Notes under the pieces: model-generated
The model's database searches: none
Told to the model about the DNA's origin: nothing
The model's input: the letters and a program-made list of their open reading frames with translations, nothing else
Program-made: the position numbers and the translations under genes
Assembly: GCA_001820875.1 (NCBI GenBank)
Contig: MHRF01000007.1
Coordinates: 140,479-204,478, forward strand
Reading direction: 5' to 3'
Source: Candidatus Taylorbacteria bacterium RIFCSPHIGHO2_01_FULL_46_22b
Lineage (GTDB): Bacteria; Patescibacteriota; Minisyncoccia; Phycocordibacterales; DSPV01
DNA length: 64,000 nucleotides
In this document: positions 31,472 to 40,666 of the stretch, one piece after another
Layout of the letters: every line of letters begins with the position of its first letter
Numbering within the stretch: the stretch's first letter is position 1

Positions 31472-32740
31472 TTAGTGAGTACTTTTTCCAACAATATTTG
31501 AAATAGTTACTGATGCATGACCTGGTGCAAAAGAATCAAGGCGAAAACCTACTACATGGGTCTTATTGTCAGGTCTTGTGCTCGTGGAGAAAAAGAAAGT
31601 TTTATTTTCTGTAGATGTATTCAAAAACCTACCATCTATTTGACCAATACTTTGGCTATCCCAGTATACTGTTAATAATGATTGTGTCACCGAACCATTT
31701 GAGAACGTGGCATCAAAACTTATCCCTTGCCAAGCTAAGGTACTTGTAGGAGTTACGCTAAGTGCTATCCACGTCACTCCTGATTTCACCCCTTCCGTTT
31801 TCGATGAAGAGAGGAGTATTTTTGACCCATCGATTTTTGCAGTCCCTTCCCGATCCAGTACAGCGTCCAAATTTACAGGATATCTCTCTTCAATTGGGTA
31901 GCCGCGTAGGTTTATGTGACACTGGGTTTTTAGGAACTCATCTGAAATCTTGTCACACCAAAATGAATCTTTATTGCTTTCCGCACTATAGTAGAGCGCA
32001 GTATCGGAGGGAACTATTGGAATTTTCCTTACGGAAGAGACAATTTTTCTTAACATAGAATCATCTTCTGGTTGCATGTCGATTCTGAAAAGACGATTTG
32101 GTTGTGGTTTGCCAAATATCGGCTCAGTGGGACGGAGATAGTATATTTGTATTGTACGCCCGCCAGTATTAGTGAAATCGTAGATAATTGCTGGGAGATT
32201 TTGACCCTCAACCGTGTATTTGGTGAAGGTTTCACCAATCCCACGAGATTTAAGACCTTCTGTGGTAGAAGCAACAACAGTCTTTACTTGTTTCTCTAAA
32301 GTATCGAGGTCTCTAGGGACTACAGGGAGTAGTACTACTTGCAAGTATCTTTTTATGGTAGAAGTACCGATATCGGCGATCTCCAAGAGCTTACTGGAAT
32401 AACCAGATTTTTCATACGGTTCCTGTGGAACGATGTAATGTTCTGGGCCTTCCAAATTTTCCTTTGCACTTAAGAAATGATATTCAAGAGGGTAAGAGAT
32501 TTGGAATCCCCACTCAGTGTCGCTATAGGTTTTCCAGTTGTCAGGCACCAGAGATGGAGGAGTATCAGATTGGGTCCTTGTTATTCTATTTTGGTTATAC
32601 AAAAAATAGACACCTAGAATTATTCCTATAGTTATCAACAAAGATATTGAGACTAAAACTAACTGTTGGGAAGATTTCTTCGTTGGTAATGAAGCAAGAG
32701 GTTCCCGAATTTCCCCTTGAATTTCCGGATCTGTTTCCAT
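31472..32740 (-). CDS. membrane-anchored surface protein
   Basis: start at METDPE; TM, WKTYSDTEWGFQISYP motif, CDKISDEFLKTQC, C-terminal beta domain shared with the neighbouring gene. Confidence 0.8.
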   Translation of the reverse strand: METDPEIQGEIREPLASLPTKKSSQQLVLVSISLLITIGIILGVYFLYNQNRITRTQSDTPPSLVPDNWKTYSDTEWGFQISYPLEYHFLSAKENLEGPEHYIVPQEPYEKSGYSSKLLEIADIGTSTIKRYLQVVLLPVVPRDLDTLEKQVKTVVASTTEGLKSRGIGETFTKYTVEGQNLPAIIYDFTNTGGRTIQIYYLRPTEPIFGKPQPNRLFRIDMQPEDDSMLRKIVSSVRKIPIVPSDTALYYSAESNKDSFWCDKISDEFLKTQCHINLRGYPIEERYPVNLDAVLDREGTAKIDGSKILLSSSKTEGVKSGVTWIALSVTPTSTLAWQGISFDATFSNGSVTQSLLTVYWDSQSIGQIDGRFLNTSTENKTFFFSTSTRPDNKTHVVGFRLDSFAPGHASVTISNIVGKSTH

Positions 32741-32909
32741 AGTGATCTCTTTATTATACATTGAACCGAGAGCATAGAATAACAGGAACATAACATCATT
32801 CTTTGAATGTAAACCGTTTTGGCGGTATCGTTTATTGTAGGGAAATCTATTCGAGTGAATGGATTTCAGAACAAGGAGAACAGAGAACATTTACAACCGA
32901 ATACACTGT

Positions 32910-35255
32910 ATGAAAAACACACTGACCATTAGTATTGCAACTCTCGTTGGAGTGTTGCTTTCCGACACGCGGCACATCGTCGCACAATCAGTTACACCAG
33001 TACCGAACATGATTTGGATCAACTCTGGAACGTTTGTGATGGGAAGTCCGTTGAACGAGGAAGGTCACACTATTTATGAAGAGCAACAAACTCGCGTTAC
33101 GCTGACGTACGGCTTCTACATGAATAAATTCGAGGCCACACAGCAGGAGTATCTCGATTTAACAGGTCTCAATCCAAGCACTACTACCAATCTCGATGCG
33201 CCGGTCACCAAGACTTCGTGGAATGGCGCAGTGAATTACTGCTTCTTGTTGACAGAGCGAGAACGTAGTGCAGGACGTATCCCAAGCAATTGGGAATATC
33301 GTTTGCCGACTGATGCCGAGTGGGAATATTGCTGTCGTGCGGGGACAACCACGCGATACAGCTTTGGCGACGATCCGACCTACACACTCATCAATCAGTA
33401 CGAGTGGTACATTGGGAATACCGGAACTAACGGACTTTTTCCGCGTTCCGTGGGAATTAAATTGCCCAATCGGTGGGGTCTCTATGACATGCAGGGGAAT
33501 GTTTCGGAGTACGCCCTAGACTGGTTTATAGACAATCCTTTCAGAGGAAGTCTTCCGGGCGGATCTCTTGTTGATTCGCATGGGCCCACAACTGGAGTTT
33601 GGCGCGTGTTTCGTGGAGGATCCTTTTTTGAAGGGGTCTCATCTTGTCGAGCGGCAGTACGAGGAGGTATTTCGCCGACTAGCACTTCAGGTTTGATTGG
33701 TTTTCGGGTTGTGCTTGCGCCGGCTACGCCTGAATGGAGACAGGTGATTGAGACGCAACTCGAAAGACCGAAGTATAGTTCGGGTCCAGTTAAGGAAGTT
33801 GGGAAGAGCAAATTGGTGTTGGTGACGCATGGGTGGATTCCTTCGTGGGATATACCTCAATTATCAACGGCATGGGTTGACGAGATGACAAACAGCATTG
33901 ATCGATATCTAACAGATAAGGGTCTGGACGGATGGCAAGTGGTTGGATACAAGTGGATTGAGGGAGCACATCCTTTGGACTTACTTTCTATTGCTTTTCC
34001 CACTCGTGCTGCCCAAACAGCGCTCGAAAATGCCAAGAGAGAAGGAAGAAAACTAGGGGAGTATCTTGCTGGGCAGGGGTGGAGTGAAATACATTTCATC
34101 GCACACAGTGCAGGCTCTGGACTCATCCAAGCTGCAACGGAAGCAATCAAGGATATTTCTCCTAGCACAATTGTTCATGTTACCTTTCTTGATCCGTTCG
34201 TGGGACTCGACTACTCGGGTGTCAGTAGTTATGGCAACAGGGCAGACTGGGCAGAAAATTACTACAGCAGGGATCTGGATACTGGAGGTGAGAATTGGCC
34301 GTTTACACAGGGACTTTTCGATTACTGCTACAATATCGAAGTCACTTGGGTTGATGACAACAAGATCCTCGGACCTGTTTACATCAGCACTCCGTTGGGG
34401 ACACAGAGGTGCACCCAAACGGTGTCTTCTCACGGATGGCCAATTCAGTTCTACCAAAACACGATACCGCCCAATACCCAGCTAGGTTCTGCAGGTTTTG
34501 GTTTTCCGCTAAGCAGGGCGGGTGGGAACTGGGACTATGCCATCAGTAACTACATGGTTAGTCCCAATGCGCTCTGGGTGCTCGGGACACCAGATGATCC
34601 GCAGTGCAACCAGCTCTACACAAGCACCCCGCCTATGATTGGTGAAAGGGTAGACTTCAGTAATTCACCGATCGAAAAGAGTTCAACTGGAGAGGTGAAA
34701 ATTCACGGAATAGATTCCTTCTCTCTAATCACTGGTTCACCTGTGTGGCTTGCAGCAGTCATCAACCCCACTAATTCGGTCAACCTCGTATCTTTTGATG
34801 CGAAGTTTGTGAACGCCAACGGATCCGAAGGGTTGTTGTCCTTGTACTGGGATACCAATAGCATTGGGTCTGTGGATGAGCCGGCTATCCAACTAGGATT
34901 CAAGCGCTACGCATTCATGTTTCCTCGCGCGGCAAGTAATACCTTGCACATACTTGGATTTCGTCTCGATGCGTTCACGAATGTACCCTCTAGTGTGTTG
35001 GTGACAAACGTGTCGCTTGTGTCCATGGGAGTGTCAGAACCGTTCACGCTTTCGTTTGCGGGAGTGTACACGAATATGTTACCAATCTTCGAGCTCACTG
35101 GACCAACCGGTGTTGTGTATACCATTGAGACCAGTTCGAATCTTGTTGATTGGACAACATCAGTTGTCCTTGTGAACAATAGTGGAAAAGTCAGGTTTTC
35201 GGATCTGGCATCAACAAACGCCCTGCAGAGGTTTTATCGTGCGGTTGCGCCTTGA
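32910..35255 (+). CDS. secreted multidomain protein: FGE-sulfatase (SUMF1) domain + alpha/beta hydrolase + C-terminal YTIETSSNL..W...FYR domain
   Basis: FVMGSP, YRLPTDAEWEY, PNRWGLYDMQGNVSE, GFRVV; VTHGW, IAHSAG, FLDP. Confidence 0.88.
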   Translation: MKNTLTISIATLVGVLLSDTRHIVAQSVTPVPNMIWINSGTFVMGSPLNEEGHTIYEEQQTRVTLTYGFYMNKFEATQQEYLDLTGLNPSTTTNLDAPVTKTSWNGAVNYCFLLTERERSAGRIPSNWEYRLPTDAEWEYCCRAGTTTRYSFGDDPTYTLINQYEWYIGNTGTNGLFPRSVGIKLPNRWGLYDMQGNVSEYALDWFIDNPFRGSLPGGSLVDSHGPTTGVWRVFRGGSFFEGVSSCRAAVRGGISPTSTSGLIGFRVVLAPATPEWRQVIETQLERPKYSSGPVKEVGKSKLVLVTHGWIPSWDIPQLSTAWVDEMTNSIDRYLTDKGLDGWQVVGYKWIEGAHPLDLLSIAFPTRAAQTALENAKREGRKLGEYLAGQGWSEIHFIAHSAGSGLIQAATEAIKDISPSTIVHVTFLDPFVGLDYSGVSSYGNRADWAENYYSRDLDTGGENWPFTQGLFDYCYNIEVTWVDDNKILGPVYISTPLGTQRCTQTVSSHGWPIQFYQNTIPPNTQLGSAGFGFPLSRAGGNWDYAISNYMVSPNALWVLGTPDDPQCNQLYTSTPPMIGERVDFSNSPIEKSSTGEVKIHGIDSFSLITGSPVWLAAVINPTNSVNLVSFDAKFVNANGSEGLLSLYWDTNSIGSVDEPAIQLGFKRYAFMFPRAASNTLHILGFRLDAFTNVPSSVLVTNVSLVSMGVSEPFTLSFAGVYTNMLPIFELTGPTGVVYTIETSSNLVDWTTSVVLVNNSGKVRFSDLASTNALQRFYRAVAP

Positions 35256-35278
35256 TCTGTTCTTCAGTTCAGAGCTCG

Positions 35279-35581
35279 CTACACTTGTGGCGGGCTCTTT
35301 CTTTTTACTAATTTACCGTATACCGATCCTAGTCCTGTCCCTATGATAATTGCAACGAGGAAAAGAATAATTTGTTGAGCTTGCAACGGCAGATTCATGT
35401 TTATTCCCAAGATAGCGTAAGGAAGACCAAGCAACCAAATAACAGGCCACATGGGTACGGTTAATGGCCAGAGGATTAAAGCAGAATCTTGTCCAAGTAG
35501 TTGAACGAATATGAAAGGGACGTAGAAAATTAAACTTATTACACCGCCTTTCACCCAATGTGGCCACTTGCTGGAATTCAT
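35279..35581 (-). CDS. small membrane protein
   Basis: hydrophobic; N-terminal SKWPHWVKGG shared with neighbour. Confidence 0.75.
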   Translation of the reverse strand: MNSSKWPHWVKGGVISLIFYVPFIFVQLLGQDSALILWPLTVPMWPVIWLLGLPYAILGINMNLPLQAQQIILFLVAIIIGTGLGSVYGKLVKRKSPPQV

Positions 35582-35586
35582 GTTAG

Positions 35587-35877
35587 CTACTGTGCAAACT
35601 TTATTTTTTTGATCCTATCAATGAAAATACCAATTATTGAACCGATTAGAAAACTCAATAAAAGACTAATAAGAGTTATCGAAAAGAGAGGAGGGTAGTT
35701 ATTGAGAATTGGAAGAACAGAAAGAAAGATACCAGAAAAAATCATTGGACTTATATTAATACAAAGAAATCCTCCTACAAATAGATAGCACAGTAAAGGA
35801 GGAATATCCAAGATAACGCCAATTATAGTTCCTATTACTCCTCCTCTTAACCAGTATGGCCACTTGCTAAATTTCAT
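35587..35877 (-). CDS. small membrane protein (paralogue of previous)
   Basis: N-terminal SKWPYWLRGG. Confidence 0.75.
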   Translation of the reverse strand: MKFSKWPYWLRGGVIGTIIGVILDIPPLLCYLFVGGFLCINISPMIFSGIFLSVLPILNNYPPLFSITLISLLLSFLIGSIIGIFIDRIKKIKFAQ

Positions 35878-35997
35878 AATGGTTTTATTGTACTCCCTTT
35901 AAGAGAAGTGTTATACACAGTAAACAGGTTTGAGACTAAAACCCAGTTTAAGAGGTTTTTTCTGGTATGATATAAGGTATATCCTAGGATTACTATC

Positions 35998-36474
35998 TTG
36001 AAAAGACATATTGTAGTTACTAAAGGCATTGGAAAAGCCAACACAGAGCTTTCAGCTTTTGATAAGGCTCTTATTGATGCTGGGATTGCCGATCATAATC
36101 TCATTCATTTGTCGTCAATCATTCCTCCGAAATCAGAAATAAGAAAAGAGAAGTATGAATTAAAGGCAGAGGAATTTGGTAATAAATTATATGTTGTTAT
36201 CGCAGAAATGAGAGAAAGTAGAGTAAGTAAAAAGGCGTGTGCAGGTCTTGGGTGGGTGTTATCAGAAGACGGAAGTCAAAAAGGCCTTTTTGTAGAACAT
36301 GAAGGGGAGAGTGAGGAAGAAGTCCAAGGTTTAATTGAAAAGAGTTTGTCAGAGATGAAGAAAAATCGTGCTGATAATTTTGGTCCTGTGCAGTCTGAAA
36401 TAGCGAGTATTTTGTGCGAAAGTTCTCCGGTGTGTGCTGTAGTAGCAGCTGTGTATAAGAGTGAAGCTTGGTAG
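35998..36474 (+). CDS. pdaD: pyruvoyl-dependent arginine decarboxylase
   Basis: LSAFDKALIDAGIADHNLIHLSSIIPP (Ser-Ser autocleavage site), AGLGW, GLFVEH. Confidence 0.9.
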   Translation: MKRHIVVTKGIGKANTELSAFDKALIDAGIADHNLIHLSSIIPPKSEIRKEKYELKAEEFGNKLYVVIAEMRESRVSKKACAGLGWVLSEDGSQKGLFVEHEGESEEEVQGLIEKSLSEMKKNRADNFGPVQSEIASILCESSPVCAVVAAVYKSEAW

Positions 36475-36480
36475 TAAGAT

Positions 36481-37404
36481 ATGGATACATTCATTAATCA
36501 TGTTTGGAACATAAGCAACTCGCTTTCCAGCGAGTACAACCTTGATGTTCAATGGTTTTTTGTTATCTATCTGATTTCATTTGCCCCCTTCTATTTTGGC
36601 TATTTTTTGATGGCTTATGGAACCACACGCAATCTCAAATTTACTGATCTGATACACTTACGGTTTCGGCATAAACTCCAGTGGCACTCCTATTCAAACT
36701 GGGGCTTGTTCATACATCTATTCGGTCGAGTGATGCCCTATGTATATATTTTAATTATTGGCAGGAATTTACCTCTTTGGGTTTATTTTCTGATTGTCAG
36801 TATTATCGGATTTTCTGTCGGATACCTTTTATATAAAATCTTGCAAAAGGGGAATCGTAGTGAAACCAAAAATGATTTTTCTGTAATAAAAAAGGATAAT
36901 ATTTCTGATCCTGTCGAGATTGAGACAATATGGGAGATTTATAACCATACATTTGAGAAAGTAAATCGCTTAAGTCCTTGCCGACAGAGTTTTGATCATG
37001 ATCATTTCGTTGAAGCACTTCGGGATTCAACGATACATAAATATCTTTTGCAATCAACAGTTGATGGCACGGTTGGAATTGGTCTTATAACTAATGACTT
37101 TAAGAATGCACCGTGGATTAGCAGTGATTATTTCAAGGCTCATTTTCCAGAAGCGTTTGCAAAAAACACAATTTATTATTTTCTTGGACTGGCTATAAAA
37201 GAGCATTTTAGGGCTAGACGCTTATCTCTCTTATTGATTGAAGATATTATTGATGAAATTCCCCATGATGCTATTATGGGTTTTGACCACTCGAGAAATA
37301 TAAATCCGCTTCTCCATCATTTTACAAAAGTGGTTCGTCAGGCACGCTCACTCATGAGAACTCACATAGACAGGCAACATTACCATATTGTGCAACGCAA
37401 ATGA
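36481..37404 (+). CDS. membrane protein with C-terminal GNAT-like domain
   Basis: 3 TM segments, then IWEIY..F......SPCRQ...YYFLGLAIKEHFRARR resembling acyltransferase motif A. Confidence 0.65.
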   Translation: MDTFINHVWNISNSLSSEYNLDVQWFFVIYLISFAPFYFGYFLMAYGTTRNLKFTDLIHLRFRHKLQWHSYSNWGLFIHLFGRVMPYVYILIIGRNLPLWVYFLIVSIIGFSVGYLLYKILQKGNRSETKNDFSVIKKDNISDPVEIETIWEIYNHTFEKVNRLSPCRQSFDHDHFVEALRDSTIHKYLLQSTVDGTVGIGLITNDFKNAPWISSDYFKAHFPEAFAKNTIYYFLGLAIKEHFRARRLSLLLIEDIIDEIPHDAIMGFDHSRNINPLLHHFTKVVRQARSLMRTHIDRQHYHIVQRK

Positions 37405-39038
37405 CGTTTTCTATCTTCAATATTTTTTCGATTATGACACTTGGCTTGTCACTATTACTGGCATCCTATGTGTACGAAAACAACAAGAATAGTAAAGTGA
37501 ACAGGACGTTCTTGTTCTTGATTTTCAGCTCTATGTTTTGGATCTTTGCCAATTTTATGACTGATTTGGCATCGGATTTATTTTCGATATTACTGTGGAG
37601 TAAGTTGACCCTGATAGGACCTATCGGTATCGGCTACTTTTTTTATCGAATGTCGATTTTTTTTCCGAAAGAGAAAAAGGTTAATAAATTGTATGGGGTG
37701 TTTGCTCTCTTGGGCGGGCTGCTCTTACTAGCATTTGTTCCAACGAGATTTAATATTCTTAGTGTTTTTATAGGAGAAAATAATATCCCTGCAATTATTC
37801 CGGGCCCTTTGTACTTTTTCTTTCTCCTATATTTTCTGACAGTCCTTTTACTTTCATTTGTAAACTTATTTCGTGGGTATAAAACTCTTAATCATCTCGA
37901 AAGGCTTCAAATATCTTATATCTCTCTAGGAGTTGGTTTGTCAGCTTTGTTTGGGAGCATTACTAACTTGGTGTTGCCGTTGCTAGGTTATTCAGAATTT
38001 GTTAATTTTGGGCCGTATTTTATTCTTATTTTTATTTTCTTTAGTTCGTACGCGATCATTAAATATAAACTCTTTGATATCAAGATTCTTACGACTCAAC
38101 TGCTTGTATTCTCTCTTTCCATCTTTATTTTCTTAAGGGCTCTCCTAGGGGATTCTCTGCAAGAGAAGATAATAAACGGAGTGCTATTTGTTCTTGTTGC
38201 AGTTGTGGGATATTTTCTTATTAAGAGCGTGTTTCGCGAAGTGGAGCAGCGAGAGAAGATTGAGACATTGGCGAAGGATTTGGAGGAGACGAATGATCGG
38301 CAGGAGAAATTGATTCACTTTATCGGACATGAGGTGAAAGGGTATCTGACAAAAGGCGAATACGCGTTTTCGGAAATGGTGGAAGGGGACTATGGAGAGC
38401 TCTCACCTGACGTGAAGGTGCTCTCAACCACTGCGCTTGCTGAATTGCGCAAGGGGGTGGCGTCGGTGACGGATATTTTGAAAGCGGCGAACCTGAAGCG
38501 CGGGACGGTGGCATATGAATTGAAACCGACTGATTTGAAAGGAATCGTTGAGGAGGGAATTATTAAATTGAAACCTTCGGCAGAAGAGAAAGGGCTTAAG
38601 CTTCTAACTGCGGTAAGTGAAGGGGAATGCATGGTGAATCTTGATCGTACACAGTTTGGTGAGCATGTGATCAGGAATTTGATAGACAACTCGATTAAAT
38701 ACACGCCGACAGGAAGCGTAACCGTTGGACTCTCTGTGAAGGATGGGAAGGCTATATTTAGCGTGAAAGATACTGGTGTGGGAATCACGGAAGAAGACAA
38801 AGCACGTCTCTTTACCGAGGGCGGCCGCGGGAAGGATTCGCTCAAAGTAAACGTGCATTCAACCGGATATGGCCTCTATATCGCCAAACAACTGGTCTTG
38901 GCTCATGGCGGGAGAATTTGGGTAGAGTCTGAAGGTTCGGGGAAGGGATCAACATTTTTGGTGGAATTACCTCTGACGTCTTCTGTTCCAGTTTCTGTTG
39001 CAACTGCACCGGTCATGCCTCCTGCGCCGCAGGCATAA
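37401..39038 (+). CDS. sensor histidine kinase with N-terminal 7TM (HisKA_7TM-like) domain
   Basis: multiple TMs, YAIIKYKLFDI, HEVKG H-box, NLIDNSIKYT, DTGVGI, GYGL, GKGSTF. Confidence 0.95.
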   Translation: MTFSIFNIFSIMTLGLSLLLASYVYENNKNSKVNRTFLFLIFSSMFWIFANFMTDLASDLFSILLWSKLTLIGPIGIGYFFYRMSIFFPKEKKVNKLYGVFALLGGLLLLAFVPTRFNILSVFIGENNIPAIIPGPLYFFFLLYFLTVLLLSFVNLFRGYKTLNHLERLQISYISLGVGLSALFGSITNLVLPLLGYSEFVNFGPYFILIFIFFSSYAIIKYKLFDIKILTTQLLVFSLSIFIFLRALLGDSLQEKIINGVLFVLVAVVGYFLIKSVFREVEQREKIETLAKDLEETNDRQEKLIHFIGHEVKGYLTKGEYAFSEMVEGDYGELSPDVKVLSTTALAELRKGVASVTDILKAANLKRGTVAYELKPTDLKGIVEEGIIKLKPSAEEKGLKLLTAVSEGECMVNLDRTQFGEHVIRNLIDNSIKYTPTGSVTVGLSVKDGKAIFSVKDTGVGITEEDKARLFTEGGRGKDSLKVNVHSTGYGLYIAKQLVLAHGGRIWVESEGSGKGSTFLVELPLTSSVPVSVATAPVMPPAPQA

Positions 39039-39054
39039 AAAACAAAGAAAGAAA

Positions 39055-39080
39055 GCGCGCGAGGCAGGAGCCTCGCGCGC
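39055..39080. terminator. hairpin between convergent genes
   Basis: GCGCGCGAGGC-AGGA-GCCTCGCGCGC preceded by an A-rich tract. Confidence 0.7.
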
Positions 39081-39096
39081 GGATTTGTTTCCGATC

Positions 39097-40044
39097 TTAC
39101 TGTTGTTCACGCGTCGCTCGCCGGAGAGCATCGAGTGCTCCACCAAGCGGGTCGAAGAACCAATGACGTCCTGTCTCCCATTCATCAGGGTTTTCCAAGC
39201 AGACTTCCTCGATGATCCAGTCCTTCCTGACGATCAATCCGAACGCGGTTGGACTCATGGGTCGTGGGAACTCATCTCGAAGAGCTTCCTCAAGGAGAGA
39301 CAGCAATGTACGGAGCTGTTCTCCGAGGAACTTTGATTGAGCCACCTTATCCCCAATGTCCCCAATGGTTTGCTTGAGCAGCCATTGCTTGAACTCAGGT
39401 TCTCCTCGCGGAACCAGTTCTTTGGCAACATCGCCAAACACTTTGCATAGGCACCACAGTGCTTGGGTGCGCGGATCCCTCACCATTCCCAACGTCTTCC
39501 GTCTGGGGTTGTGGTGGGCGGTCGGACCTTCTGTGTCGGGAGTGGAGAGGTTTCGAGCAATTTTCCCCAGCTCAGCAAAGAGTTTGTTGCTCATGTGGTC
39601 GGCAGGGAAGATTGATCGCGTGTCCCATGTGTTGTGGGCAACGACCTGCCAATCTTTGCGGAGTGTTCCTGTGGCGCCAGCGAGGGTGAGGAAAGAATTG
39701 CCTACTCCCCACCACGTCAGTTTTCCGAGGAGATCACTTCGTTGTTTGAGGCGATCCAGTTTCTCGCACAACTCACGATGTTCCTCGTGGTGTGATTCGA
39801 GAGCCTTTAACGAATTGCATCGGTGTACCAGCGAGTTGTGTTCTCTGACGAGTTGGCAGTGCAGTCTCAAGAGAGATCTTGTTACCGAACAAACAAGTGT
39901 TCCGAGCACGACCTCTGTCTCGGGGACTACCTCGTGGTTTTGGAGTTCAGCCGGCGGCTGATCAATGACTTCCTGTTCTGCCGCACTGAATGCGATTTGC
40001 AGGATATCGAGGATGGGTAAGTGTCCGACCTTTTGGGGTGGCAT
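39097..40044 (-). CDS. hypothetical protein with two internally repeated domains
   Basis: 315 aa; both halves run LG...R.L...helix...RKDW(QVV/IIE). Confidence 0.75.
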   Translation of the reverse strand: MPPQKVGHLPILDILQIAFSAAEQEVIDQPPAELQNHEVVPETEVVLGTLVCSVTRSLLRLHCQLVREHNSLVHRCNSLKALESHHEEHRELCEKLDRLKQRSDLLGKLTWWGVGNSFLTLAGATGTLRKDWQVVAHNTWDTRSIFPADHMSNKLFAELGKIARNLSTPDTEGPTAHHNPRRKTLGMVRDPRTQALWCLCKVFGDVAKELVPRGEPEFKQWLLKQTIGDIGDKVAQSKFLGEQLRTLLSLLEEALRDEFPRPMSPTAFGLIVRKDWIIEEVCLENPDEWETGRHWFFDPLGGALDALRRATREQQ

Positions 40045-40287
40045 AGGCTAGCGGTCTTGGGTTTGGGGTGATGTGGAGAACGGATACAAAAGCAGGATGC
40101 CTTCGTTTGGACCTATATTAGCGATAAATTGACTAGAGTCAATACGGGTATATTGACTAATTGTTATTTACATGATAAAAATCCATTTTAGATTTTTAGT
40201 CTCTCAAACCGTTATGCCGCTTGACATTTCGGTCACGCACTTCAACCGCCTTCTTTAGAGACAGGAGGCATTTACGGAGGATTCAGA

Positions 40288-40640
40288 TGACCTTGAAAAA
40301 GTCAGAGAATTTAGTGGCTCGCAAACCTGCATCCTATCCCACCGGTCGTCTTGGCTGTGGGATGCATGTGGCAACTGCAATCGCGGATGGATTCGATAAA
40401 GGGAAGGTGAATGATGCCCGATCCCTGCCAGAACGTGTGTCGGGGTTCACCCGACCGGAAGTGCTTGCGGGAATGCTCTACGCACTCGGTTTTCCTGCCA
40501 AGATCCGCCGACTGGGGAAGTTTCCGGACGAAGTCCTGATTGGAGTTGTTACGCGTCAGATTCGTAACGCCACCCCGATCGTCCTCTTGGTCGGCGCCGG
40601 TCCGTGGAATAGGGCTCGGTCGCTTGCGACCGAGCCCTAA
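40288..40640 (+). CDS. hypothetical protein, possibly a truncated fragment
   Basis: GGAGG RBS before ATG at 40288; ends shortly after PIVLLVG. Confidence 0.45.
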
Positions 40641-40666
40641 TCCATTTTTTTGGTAAAATAAAGCTA

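Noticed and set aside
33600-33720. DGR variable region at the end of the FGE domain
   Set aside because: No second near-identical copy differing at adenines and no reverse transcriptase seen in the window.
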